This document shows, piece after piece, positions 7,865 to 16,185 of a stretch of 18,141 nucleotides of DNA. The DNA comes from Promethearchaeota archaeon (GTDB lineage: Archaea > Asgardarchaeota > Lokiarchaeia > Sigyniarchaeales > Promethearchaeaceae): positions 1-18,141 of the forward strand of contig JAFGBS010000015.1 of assembly GCA_016933055.1 (NCBI GenBank), written 5' to 3'. The notes under the pieces are model-generated. The model was not told where the DNA came from, searched no databases, and was given only the letters and a program-made list of their open reading frames with translations. The stretch's first letter is position 1. Every line of letters starts with the position of its first letter. The translations under genes and the position numbers were made by a program.

Positions 7865-9949
7865 TTAGTTTACGTATTCTATTTTAGATTTGAGCGGCAA
7901 ATCTCTTGAAGATGTTCCAACCCAAAGTGTAAAACTTCCTGGTTCTATAATAAACTCATGATCTTTTTCAGAATAAAATTCAAAAGCGGATTGATCTAAT
8001 TCAACAGAAACAGTCTTGGTTTCTCCGGGATTCACATGGATTTTTACAAAATCTTGTAATTCTATTGGAGGACGTTCAATGGACGCATGGTCATCTGATA
8101 TGTATACCTGAACAACTTCAGATCCTGCTCTAGACCCGGTATTCTTGACATCCACACTAACTGCAAATTTACCATTTCTCTCAATTTTTGGGATGCTAAC
8201 TCGCAGATTAGACAATTTAAAAGTGGTATATGAAAGTCCAAACCCAAAAGGAAATTGAGGTTCTATATTTTCTTTATCGAAATACCGATATCCTACAAAA
8301 ATCCCTTCATCAAAATAGATTTTGAGTTCATCTAAATCACCCGGAAATCGTTTTTTTGATATATGTGCCGGATGATCCTCTAGCTTCTTGGGATAGGTAA
8401 CAGGGAGTTTTCCGGATGGATTAACCTCTCCAAACACTAATCGAGCTACGGCATCTCCCCCAGTCATGCCGGGATACCATACATTAAGTAGACCGCGAGA
8501 CTTTTCTAGAAAAATGGAACAATCCACTGGACTCCCCGCTACCAGAAGGACCACAGTATTAGAATTCTGTTTTATGGTGTCCTCAAATAATTTATTTTGA
8601 TCTTCTGGTAGTGAATAACTGGTTCGATCCTTTCCTTCCATATCTCCTTCAGTTTTATTACCAAATAGCATAGTTTTTAGGAAATGTCCTCCATGATTCA
8701 TACCAAGTACCAGAATCGTCACATCGGCATCCTTTGGGTCAGACACAATTTGAGCCTTTCCTTTTACGTATTTCGCAATTCCATGGTAAGGAGTAATGAA
8801 TCTGGGAGGCACTACGGCTGAGCTTCCTCCATGAAAAGGTGCACCAAATTTTTTTTGAGCATTTGGCCCAATAACAGCAATTTTCTTCACTTGATTTAGA
8901 TCGATTGGCAAGATCCCATCGTTTTTCATTAGAACCGCTCCCTCTTCTGCCACTTTTCGTGCCAAATCTTGGTGCTCAGGTATGTCCAAAATCTTTGATG
9001 GTTCGATAATCTCTTTATCGAACAATCCTACTCGGAAGAATGTACGTAACAGCGGTTTTACAACATAGTCTATATCTGATTCTGAGATTTTTTCTGCTTT
9101 TAGAGCTTTTTGTATGTTTTTCGGACGCATTGTTCTGCTCATTGCAATTCCAGGCATTTCGAGACTTAATCCCGCCTTGATACATTGAGCAGCACCCCCC
9201 TCAACATTTCGAGATGCGCCCCAATCAGTTACAACATGACCTGTGAATCCTAATTCATCGCGAAGTATGTCTTTCAACAAGTGTTTATTTCCAGAACCGT
9301 ATACACCATTTATTTTGTTGTAACAACTCATTAATCCCCAAGGACCACTTTTTTCGATTATTCTTTTGAAGTTTTTAATATATATCTCATGAAGAGCCCT
9401 TTCTTGGATTTCTGTACTAATTTCCATTCGTTTGGTTTCACTGCAGTTTGTTATGTAATGTTTGATGCAAGCGGCGATGTTTTCTGATTGGATTCCTCTC
9501 ACCACTTCTGCAGCAATATCAGAGGAAAGGATGGGATCTTCACTCAGATATTCGAAATTTCGGCCGCATAATGGACTTCGAATGAGATTAACACCGGGAC
9601 CTAAAATTTGATGTCTCCCTGCTAATTTGGTTTCTTTACCCATCACCTTCCCCGTACTATAAGCAAGTTCTTTATTCCAACTAGCTGCTAATGCAATGGT
9701 ACTTGGAAATCGTGTTCGTTTACCCTTAAAACTAGAATGATATGCCACTCCTAGAGGACCATCCGTCATGCCAAAGGCTGGAATCTGTAGTCGCTCAATA
9801 GGATTAGTGGTCCAAAAGTCTTTTCCTCGGAGTAGACGGATTTTTTCATCCAATGTTAATTGATTGAGTAGATCATCAACTCGTTCTTCTATAGGTGCAG
9901 ATTTATCTAAATATGTTTTCATCATATCACTTCTGTAAAAAAATGCCAT
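7865..9949 (-). CDS. Glycoside hydrolase family 3 (beta-glucosidase/BglX-like) with C-terminal Fn3-like domain, cytoplasmic. Real start probably ATG 9925 or 9922
   Basis: TDGPLG, GRNFEYLSEDP, CIKHY, MSCYN, VVTDWG (nucleophile Asp), EGKDR, WYPG, PSGKLPVT, VGYRYFD, PFGFGLSYT. No signal peptide. AGTGAT precedes the tandem ATGs. Confidence 0.95.
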   Translation of the reverse strand: MAFFYRSDMMKTYLDKSAPIEERVDDLLNQLTLDEKIRLLRGKDFWTTNPIERLQIPAFGMTDGPLGVAYHSSFKGKRTRFPSTIALAASWNKELAYSTGKVMGKETKLAGRHQILGPGVNLIRSPLCGRNFEYLSEDPILSSDIAAEVVRGIQSENIAACIKHYITNCSETKRMEISTEIQERALHEIYIKNFKRIIEKSGPWGLMSCYNKINGVYGSGNKHLLKDILRDELGFTGHVVTDWGASRNVEGGAAQCIKAGLSLEMPGIAMSRTMRPKNIQKALKAEKISESDIDYVVKPLLRTFFRVGLFDKEIIEPSKILDIPEHQDLARKVAEEGAVLMKNDGILPIDLNQVKKIAVIGPNAQKKFGAPFHGGSSAVVPPRFITPYHGIAKYVKGKAQIVSDPKDADVTILVLGMNHGGHFLKTMLFGNKTEGDMEGKDRTSYSLPEDQNKLFEDTIKQNSNTVVLLVAGSPVDCSIFLEKSRGLLNVWYPGMTGGDAVARLVFGEVNPSGKLPVTYPKKLEDHPAHISKKRFPGDLDELKIYFDEGIFVGYRYFDKENIEPQFPFGFGLSYTTFKLSNLRVSIPKIERNGKFAVSVDVKNTGSRAGSEVVQVYISDDHASIERPPIELQDFVKIHVNPGETKTVSVELDQSAFEFYSEKDHEFIIEPGSFTLWVGTSSRDLPLKSKIEYVN

Positions 9950-10108
9950 ATACTGGTAATATTACATGTATTATAATTTTGGTACATAAATCCAATGCAT
10001 GTTGATCCCTTAGAAAATGGTCTATAATCAAAAAACTACGATCCGATTAAATAGTAGAAAAATCAACTGTAATCCATTTTATTATTGTTATAAAAGTAGG
10101 TTAACCGA

Positions 10109-10561
10109 TTGCATGAATTTGCATTAGTTCAAAATATCATAGGACGTTGTTTACGTGTCGCGAATCAAAACAATGCTTCCATAATCACAGATATTGAATT
10201 GGAAGTGGGTGATTTTTCGCTGGTAATTGAACATATGTTCCAACAATCCTTCCGAACGTTAAAAAAAGACACAATTGCAGAAACCGCAATATTGCATATT
10301 AAACGAACTCCGGGAATTATTCATTGCAATTCATGTAATAGAGAATCTGAAATTTGGTGGAGATCTGCTGTACAGATCTCTGATTCCAAATATCAGCAAT
10401 CCCTTCAGAAATATGAAAAAAGTGTCACACCGCAGGATGTGTTAACGGGCAATTCAGATTTTGGAAAAAATTTATTCCAGTGCTTGTATTGTGAGAGTAA
10501 TGACACAGAGTTAATTAAAGGAAAAAGTATTGTTATAAAAAACATCAAGATTAAATCCTAG
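10109..10561 (+). CDS. hypA: Hydrogenase maturation nickel metallochaperone HypA/HybF family
   Basis: N-terminal MHE (TTG CAT GAA), LEVGDFS, two CxxC motifs (CNSC, CLYC) and a C-terminal GK..VIKNIKI strand. Confidence 0.88.
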   Translation: MHEFALVQNIIGRCLRVANQNNASIITDIELEVGDFSLVIEHMFQQSFRTLKKDTIAETAILHIKRTPGIIHCNSCNRESEIWWRSAVQISDSKYQQSLQKYEKSVTPQDVLTGNSDFGKNLFQCLYCESNDTELIKGKSIVIKNIKIKS

Positions 10562-10566
10562 AACCA

Positions 10567-12681
10567 TTATATGGGCTCAAAATCCTTTTTAACTTGAACG
10601 GCTGCAAATTTGTATCCTGGTTCTCTGGAATATTCGTCGAAAATTGGGAAAGTAAGCTTATTCGTTTCTTTATAATGCATAGGCATGAATACTTCACCCT
10701 CCTTCACCCTACCCCCGATTAAAGCTTTAACCTTTATCTTATCTCGCCGGGAAGATACTTGTACCCATTGGTTCTCTTCTATCCCTAAATTTTTGGCATC
10801 CGTGGTGCTAATTTCAATATAGGGGTCTTTTGGTAATTTTCTTGCTAATAATGGTACTTTCCCAGTTCGTGTATGAGTATGCCATGTAGATATATTTCCC
10901 CTTCCCGTGATTAATATGAAAGGATAATCTTGATTAATTTCTTCTGGATAGGGCAATATGTCGTCATAGAGGAACTGTGCCTTTCCATCTTCATGGTAAA
11001 ACACTCCATCATCAAATAACCTTCGGTAAGTGTCAGTCTTTTTATTTTTTGAACTGGGATATGGCCATTGAATTCCTCCGTGATCCAAAATCATTTGATA
11101 AGATTCTATACCACTAAAATCCCATGGTTTTCCTTTAGTTAGCTTTTTGATAACTTGAAAGGCAGATTCTGGATTTGTCCATCTCTTAAATAAATGGCTA
11201 CAACCCCACGTATCGGCAACTCGGTTAAATATATCAAAATCTGATAAAGCTTCTCCTGGTGGATCGAGGACTTTTTGTAGTAGTCCGATTCTTCGTTCCG
11301 AATTTACAAAAGTGCCGTCTTTCTCACCAGTTCCTGCGGCAGGTAGAATTAAATTAGCTAATTGAGCAGTTTCCGTCGTATAGTACATGTCCTGAACCAC
11401 GAGATACTCCAAGTTTTCCACAATTTCGGGAAATTCATTGCTATTTATCCACGAATGTGCTGGGTTGGTGCACACTACCCACAAACCCTTGATTTTCCCT
11501 TCTTTAATCTTTTCCAATATCTTTTCATAGGATGCACTATTAACATGGGGAATTACACCACTATCAATACCTAATATTTTAGCTACAGTGTTTCTATCGG
11601 ATTCCTTAGTGAAATCATATCCTCCCAGCAATGCTGTTGTATTGCTGAAGATTCTTGCTCCCATTGCATTACATTGTCCCGTAATCGAATTAGGTCCCGT
11701 TCCGGGTTTTCCAATATTACCAGTCATCAATGCAAGATTAATTAATGCTTGTGCCGTCCTTGTTCCTTGATGAGCTTGATTTACTCCTACCATCCACCAA
11801 AATGATACAGCTTTTCCTTTATGTATAATTTCAGCAAGTTTGCTTATCTGCTCTTCGGAAATACCTGTTTTTCTTGCTGTACTCTCGAGTGTATATTTAG
11901 CTATATGTTTCTTAAATTCCTTAAAACCAGAGGTATGAGTGTTAACAAATTCACCATCTACCCAATTATTTTGAATGAGTATATTTGCTATAGTATATAA
12001 TAAATACAACTCAGATTTCGCCTTTATTGGATAATAAAGAGAAGTAATCTCGTCCGTTGCGGTTTCTGTTTTTCGGGGATCTATCACGACTACAGTTGGA
12101 TCATTCAGATTATTTTGTATTCTCCACCATATAACCGGATGGGAAATTGCTGCGTTGGAACCAAAAAAAATCATCACATCTGATTTTTCCAAATCCTCGT
12201 ATGTAAAAGGAGGTGCATCCCACCCGAAGGATTGTTTATATGCTACTACTGAGGTAGCCATGCATTGTCTTGTGTTACCATCTCCATGGATCATCCCCAT
12301 GCCAAATTTTGCAAGTGCACCAAGAAAAGCATGTTCTTCATTAGTAATCTGACCCGTGCTTATGAATGCAATAGAATTTTTCCCGTAGTTGTTTTGAATT
12401 CTCTTAAAATTTCCCACAAATTCTTGTAGAGCTGCCTCCCACGTGATCGGGATAAAACGATTTTCATGATCTCTTATATATGGAGTGGTTGCTCGATCAT
12501 CCACATTTAAATGAGAAAGCAATTGAAATCCTTTCGGACAGGCTTTTCCTTGATTCACTGGGTAATCGAGATTTGCTCTAACTATTGGTTTACCTTTATC
12601 ATCAAATTTTATAATCATATTACATCCTGTGGAGCAATATCCACAAGTCAAGTAACGGATCTTATTTTCCATACTCATCAC
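10567..12681 (-). CDS. nasA: Cytoplasmic molybdopterin (bis-MGD) nitrate reductase catalytic subunit, NasA/NarB type
   Basis: N-terminal CGYCSTGC...CPKG [4Fe-4S] motif with the conserved Lys. NTRQCMATS carries the Mo-ligand Cys (TGC at 12262-12264). Also FG.DAPP, SITGQCNAMG, TFVNSERR and a C-terminal molydop_binding domain. No Tat RR signal, no C-terminal BFD domain. Overlaps narK. Start is GTG 12681 or ATG 12678/12672. Confidence 0.85.
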   Translation of the reverse strand: MMSMENKIRYLTCGYCSTGCNMIIKFDDKGKPIVRANLDYPVNQGKACPKGFQLLSHLNVDDRATTPYIRDHENRFIPITWEAALQEFVGNFKRIQNNYGKNSIAFISTGQITNEEHAFLGALAKFGMGMIHGDGNTRQCMATSVVAYKQSFGWDAPPFTYEDLEKSDVMIFFGSNAAISHPVIWWRIQNNLNDPTVVVIDPRKTETATDEITSLYYPIKAKSELYLLYTIANILIQNNWVDGEFVNTHTSGFKEFKKHIAKYTLESTARKTGISEEQISKLAEIIHKGKAVSFWWMVGVNQAHQGTRTAQALINLALMTGNIGKPGTGPNSITGQCNAMGARIFSNTTALLGGYDFTKESDRNTVAKILGIDSGVIPHVNSASYEKILEKIKEGKIKGLWVVCTNPAHSWINSNEFPEIVENLEYLVVQDMYYTTETAQLANLILPAAGTGEKDGTFVNSERRIGLLQKVLDPPGEALSDFDIFNRVADTWGCSHLFKRWTNPESAFQVIKKLTKGKPWDFSGIESYQMILDHGGIQWPYPSSKNKKTDTYRRLFDDGVFYHEDGKAQFLYDDILPYPEEINQDYPFILITGRGNISTWHTHTRTGKVPLLARKLPKDPYIEISTTDAKNLGIEENQWVQVSSRRDKIKVKALIGGRVKEGEVFMPMHYKETNKLTFPIFDEYSREPGYKFAAVQVKKDFEPI

Positions 12682-13993
12682 TACTCCTTTTCTTTAAGAT
12701 TATCATGATACCTATACAAATTACCGATAAAATCACAAAAATAATAAATCCGAGATTATATCCCTGCATGTCGAATATATCAACGAATAATCCCATCAAA
12801 GGGGGGATAATGAATCCTCCTAATGCTCCTAATCCTCCTACCCACCCCGCAGCTCCCCCCACAGCTTCAGGTACAATGCCGGGAACCATTTTAAATACTC
12901 CTGCATTTACCATTCCCATCCCAATTGCAATCAATACCATTGCGATGAGAGCAAGAATTATCATTGAGGACGAAAATATCATCATGATAGATCCTGATAG
13001 GAGAATCGAGATCCCGATAATAGTAACAACGGAACCCGTTATTTTATCAGCAATTGATCCAGAAAATACTCTGACTAGAGAACCAATTATAATAAAGATT
13101 GCATTTAAAATTAGCGCGATACTGAAACCGAGCTCACCTAAAATAAAATCCCCCGTTCCATAAAGGTTTGGCCAAAAACGAGGAAACCACGCGCTCAGTC
13201 CTATAAAACCTCCAAAGGTTGTAAAATATAATCCGACTAATGCCCAAGTTTTCCACATACTAGCAGATTTCAACAAACTATTTTTTAGACTATTATTCGA
13301 AAAAATTTCTTGTCCAAGAGATATTCCGATCTCCTTTGCATCTAGTTTACTTAATCCCTGCTCTTCCAGTTGAAAAGACCATGCATTGGATCCAATTCTA
13401 AAATAAACTCCAGTTCCTAGCACTAACACAATGAACCACAACAGATACGATCCTCCCAAACCCCAAAATGCTAATGTTATCGTCATAATCAAAGAGAATA
13501 TACCCGGAGCTAAATTGCCTATTCCCGCGTACAGACCTAATGCTTTACCTTGTTCGGATTTTTTAAACCAATACGATGTCTGAGATATCCCGACAGAAAA
13601 AGTTGCAATACCGCATCCCGATAGAAATCCGAATATCAGCAATAAACCGTAATGAGCAAGTGATATAGTAGGATATATGATGTAGGCGGTCAATACGAGC
13701 CCAAAGAGACCAGTAATTGCCATAAATAGCAATATGAGCATGGGTTTTTTTCCACCAATAGAATCTGACCACGCTGCAAATGGGATTCTTAAAAGTGAAC
13801 CTGATAAATTTGGCATCGCAACGAGTAAACCTATCATAGCGTCCGTTGCTCCACCAGCCTTTAAACCAGGTTCAAAAAATTTGGAAGTGGCACCCAACGC
13901 CACTACTGCTGTAAATCCTATAAAAAATCCTAGAGTGGAACCAATTATACCTTTGGTGGGATTTCCCTTAATAACATATTTTATTTCAGACAA
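12662..13993 (-). CDS. narK: Nitrate/nitrite porter (NNP) family MFS transporter
   Basis: Conserved substrate-binding Args in TM2 (GSLLRIPF) and TM8 (GSLVRVFSG), TM7 LYFTTFGGFIG, nitrate signatures AGIGNLAPG and GMVNAGVFKMVP. TTG start preceded by GGTGATC. 3' end overlaps the nitrate reductase start. Confidence 0.9.
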   Translation of the reverse strand: MSEIKYVIKGNPTKGIIGSTLGFFIGFTAVVALGATSKFFEPGLKAGGATDAMIGLLVAMPNLSGSLLRIPFAAWSDSIGGKKPMLILLFMAITGLFGLVLTAYIIYPTISLAHYGLLLIFGFLSGCGIATFSVGISQTSYWFKKSEQGKALGLYAGIGNLAPGIFSLIMTITLAFWGLGGSYLLWFIVLVLGTGVYFRIGSNAWSFQLEEQGLSKLDAKEIGISLGQEIFSNNSLKNSLLKSASMWKTWALVGLYFTTFGGFIGLSAWFPRFWPNLYGTGDFILGELGFSIALILNAIFIIIGSLVRVFSGSIADKITGSVVTIIGISILLSGSIMMIFSSSMIILALIAMVLIAIGMGMVNAGVFKMVPGIVPEAVGGAAGWVGGLGALGGFIIPPLMGLFVDIFDMQGYNLGFIIFVILSVICIGIMIILKKRSSDEYGK

Positions 13994-14007
13994 TTGATCA
14001 CCCTATC

Positions 14008-14050
14008 CAATTCATTGTGTGAATCATTCATAAAAACGATCACGAACATA
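14008..14050 (-). promoter_or_regulatory. narK-nasA promoter region with TATA-like TTTTTATGA and blocks shared with the GPH-MFS promoter
   Basis: Minus strand TATGTTCGTGATCGTTTTTATGAATGATTCACACAATGAATTG; colinear match to 3099-3148. RBS GGTGAT at 13997-14002. Confidence 0.55.
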
Positions 14051-14060
14051 TTCGTGTCGT
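14031..14060 (-). terminator. Stem-loop plus T-tract downstream of the Fe-S protein gene (alternatively an operator palindrome)
   Basis: Minus strand ACGA-CACGAA-TATG-TTCGTG-(A)-TCGT: 10-bp stem with one bulge (14036-14060), followed by TTTT. Confidence 0.45.
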
Positions 14061-14088
14061 CCTATTGTGAAAATGAAGAAAAAGGAAA

Positions 14089-15255
14089 TTATGAGGTTAT
14101 TTTGGGTGGGGGGACAAAAACGGTTCGTAACCCTTCTAAAAGTCGTATTGCATTTTCTGGACAAACTTTAGCGCATAACCCACACCCTATACATAGTTTC
14201 GGATTTACTATTGCAGAATCTCCCAATGAAATTGCACCCATCGGACACCGATCTACACACGTTCCGCAAGCGACACACTTCTCGGAAATTACTTCGGAAA
14301 GATAGTTGGTGGAATTAATTATCGGGACTGCCCCCATCCGCCACAATGTAAAGGTATCACAGCAATCAGTACAACAATTACATATAGAATTTTCAGGTTT
14401 CGTGATATCGCTACTATTGTGGAACGCTTTGTGTATCAATCCTACTTTTTCCGTCTCTTCTAAGATTTTAATTGCTTCATCTTGAGTTATCTTCCGAGCG
14501 AACCCTTGTTGAACCACATGTCGAGCAGATTTCCCAAATGTAAAACAAGTCTCCAAAGGTGCATGATATTTACAAGGTTGTCCCAAAGCCGACCTATACT
14601 GTCTGCAAAAGCAATAACCCACTGCAATGTCATCGTATTTGCGAATGATACTCTCAACTGTTTTTGTTGGGAGTATTTCCTCAGTAGTCTCACCCACATC
14701 TTCGTTCATTGTAATTTCAATCGACTCTCCGTCTTCACGAGTTGATAATGGTAATGTACGATCAGTGGGGGGTGCGCGTTTAAATACTTCAACAGCACCC
14801 TCGTAAGTCTCTTGAATAGAATCAGCAAACTCCTTCATGTATTTATCGTATAACATAGCTAATTCCTTAATTCTTAGATATTCACTGGAATTCACTTCAG
14901 GTAATTTATTCATGAAAGTATACTCAAATGTACCGATAATTACTATGGGTAGCAAACGAAAAACCATGACACCTGAAGAACTTGGTTGATTGAAAACAAA
15001 CCCCTTTTTTGCGAGTTTGTTTCCTAATCGAATAATTTCCCCTTCTGGAAGTTTGCTCTTCTTCATCAGTTGTTCGATACTCATAGAGGAACGGCTTTTA
15101 AAATTCGCTATAAAATCAAGATCTTCTTCATCCAGATAATATTTTAAGATTTGAATAAAGGTGTCATTATTTGGAAGTGGCAACATTCCAGCTTTTAATA
15201 TGGTCCTAGCGGCTACATTATATTTTTTTTCTAATTTTTCCTGGATTTCAGTCAT
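14089..15255 (-). CDS. Multi-cluster 4Fe-4S protein (N-terminal HTH-like region, Cys-rich middle, C-terminal 2x[4Fe-4S] ferredoxin domain), function unknown
   Basis: 17 Cys: CFC, PCK, TCF, ICNCCTDCC, CVACGTCVDRCP, CIGCGLCAKVCP. The N-terminal MSIEQLMKKSKLPEGEIIRLGNKLAKKG reads like a winged helix. Confidence 0.88.
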   Translation of the reverse strand: MTEIQEKLEKKYNVAARTILKAGMLPLPNNDTFIQILKYYLDEEDLDFIANFKSRSSMSIEQLMKKSKLPEGEIIRLGNKLAKKGFVFNQPSSSGVMVFRLLPIVIIGTFEYTFMNKLPEVNSSEYLRIKELAMLYDKYMKEFADSIQETYEGAVEVFKRAPPTDRTLPLSTREDGESIEITMNEDVGETTEEILPTKTVESIIRKYDDIAVGYCFCRQYRSALGQPCKYHAPLETCFTFGKSARHVVQQGFARKITQDEAIKILEETEKVGLIHKAFHNSSDITKPENSICNCCTDCCDTFTLWRMGAVPIINSTNYLSEVISEKCVACGTCVDRCPMGAISLGDSAIVNPKLCIGCGLCAKVCPENAIRLLEGLRTVFVPPPKITS

Positions 15256-15351
15256 TATAATAACCTTCTAACACGTATTCTATAATCTGATGAGAACTTA
15301 TTAAAGATTAATGGTAAAAAGAGTAAATTATAAAATAATTAGACCGTGAAT

Positions 15352-16185
15352 TTAATCGACTGATTTTTGTAATACAAAATGCCAGTAACCCATTTTTCCA
15401 TCCTTGAACAGTTGGTACCTTCGAGAACCCACTGTACCGGAAAATTCTTCAGAAGTTTTCAATAAAAATTTCGATTTGATTCGTTTGCGAATCCAATTCT
15501 TGCGACGTACATCATCAACTTCCAAAGCTTCAACAACATTGGGTAGTATGTTTTTTTCCACGAGTAATTCAAAACCAGCTTCTTCAAATTGGGATTTTAA
15601 AACCATATGATCTTCTGTATAACGCATATCAGAGAATAAAAGATGTCCTCCTGGTTTAAGCACACGCTTTACTTCAGTAAGAAATCCCATCATATCTGGA
15701 TAACAGCGAGATGATTCCACATTCACAACGGCATCAAATTTTTCGTCTTCAAAAGGTAAATCATCTGCACAACCTTGCACAAATGAGAGTCCAGGATTGG
15801 TAAAGGTTCGATTACATGCTTTAATGACTTTTTTATTTAAATCCAAACCTACATAAGTCTTTGGTTTCATGTAACGGGAGATATAATCCGCACCTCCCCC
15901 TCGACCACATCCCACCTCTAAAACTTCTTTTCCTTGTAAGTTTATATCAGAAACGTTCTGATGATATAAATTAACACAAAATCTTTCTACGGCGTCCTCT
16001 TCTGTTAATTGTATTGGTGAGCTGCTGAGTTCTTGGTCAATATACCCATAATTCATAAAACGAATGCGATGATTTCGATCCTTTGTTTGAATTAACCAAT
16101 GAAAAAAAGTCCAAAGAGGTTTCCTCCATCCCGGGGTCATTTCTGCATATTTTTCTGCAATGTTCCTGCGTGGCATGAATTTCAC
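15352..16185 (-). CDS. Class I SAM-dependent methyltransferase (Methyltransf_11), resembling the mycobacterial phthiotriol/fatty-acid O-methyltransferase group
   Basis: Motif I VLEVGCGRGGG, GLD, DDLPFEDEKFDAVVNVESS, LKPGG and N-terminal FMNYGY. Start is GTG 16185 or ATG 16176. Confidence 0.85.
   Translation of the reverse strand: MKFMPRRNIAEKYAEMTPGWRKPLWTFFHWLIQTKDRNHRIRFMNYGYIDQELSSSPIQLTEEDAVERFCVNLYHQNVSDINLQGKEVLEVGCGRGGGADYISRYMKPKTYVGLDLNKKVIKACNRTFTNPGLSFVQGCADDLPFEDEKFDAVVNVESSRCYPDMMGFLTEVKRVLKPGGHLLFSDMRYTEDHMVLKSQFEEAGFELLVEKNILPNVVEALEVDDVRRKNWIRKRIKSKFLLKTSEEFSGTVGSRRYQLFKDGKMGYWHFVLQKSVD

Noticed and set aside
9956-9970. Overlapping palindromes GTAATATTAC and TACATGTA upstream of GH3
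   Set aside because: Short and AT-rich, with no second occurrence seen in another promoter; not distinguishable from chance.
12262-12264. Possible selenocysteine / formate dehydrogenase reading of the molybdoenzyme (Lokiarchaeia use Sec)
   Set aside because: The Mo-ligand codon is TGC (Cys) with no in-frame TGA. The CMATS and GQCNAMG motifs and the adjacent narK favour a nitrate reductase; the FDH His after the ligand is absent.
10567-12681. Periplasmic NapA or respiratory NarG
   Set aside because: No twin-arginine signal, 704 aa is far too short for NarG, and no napB or narHJI genes are present.
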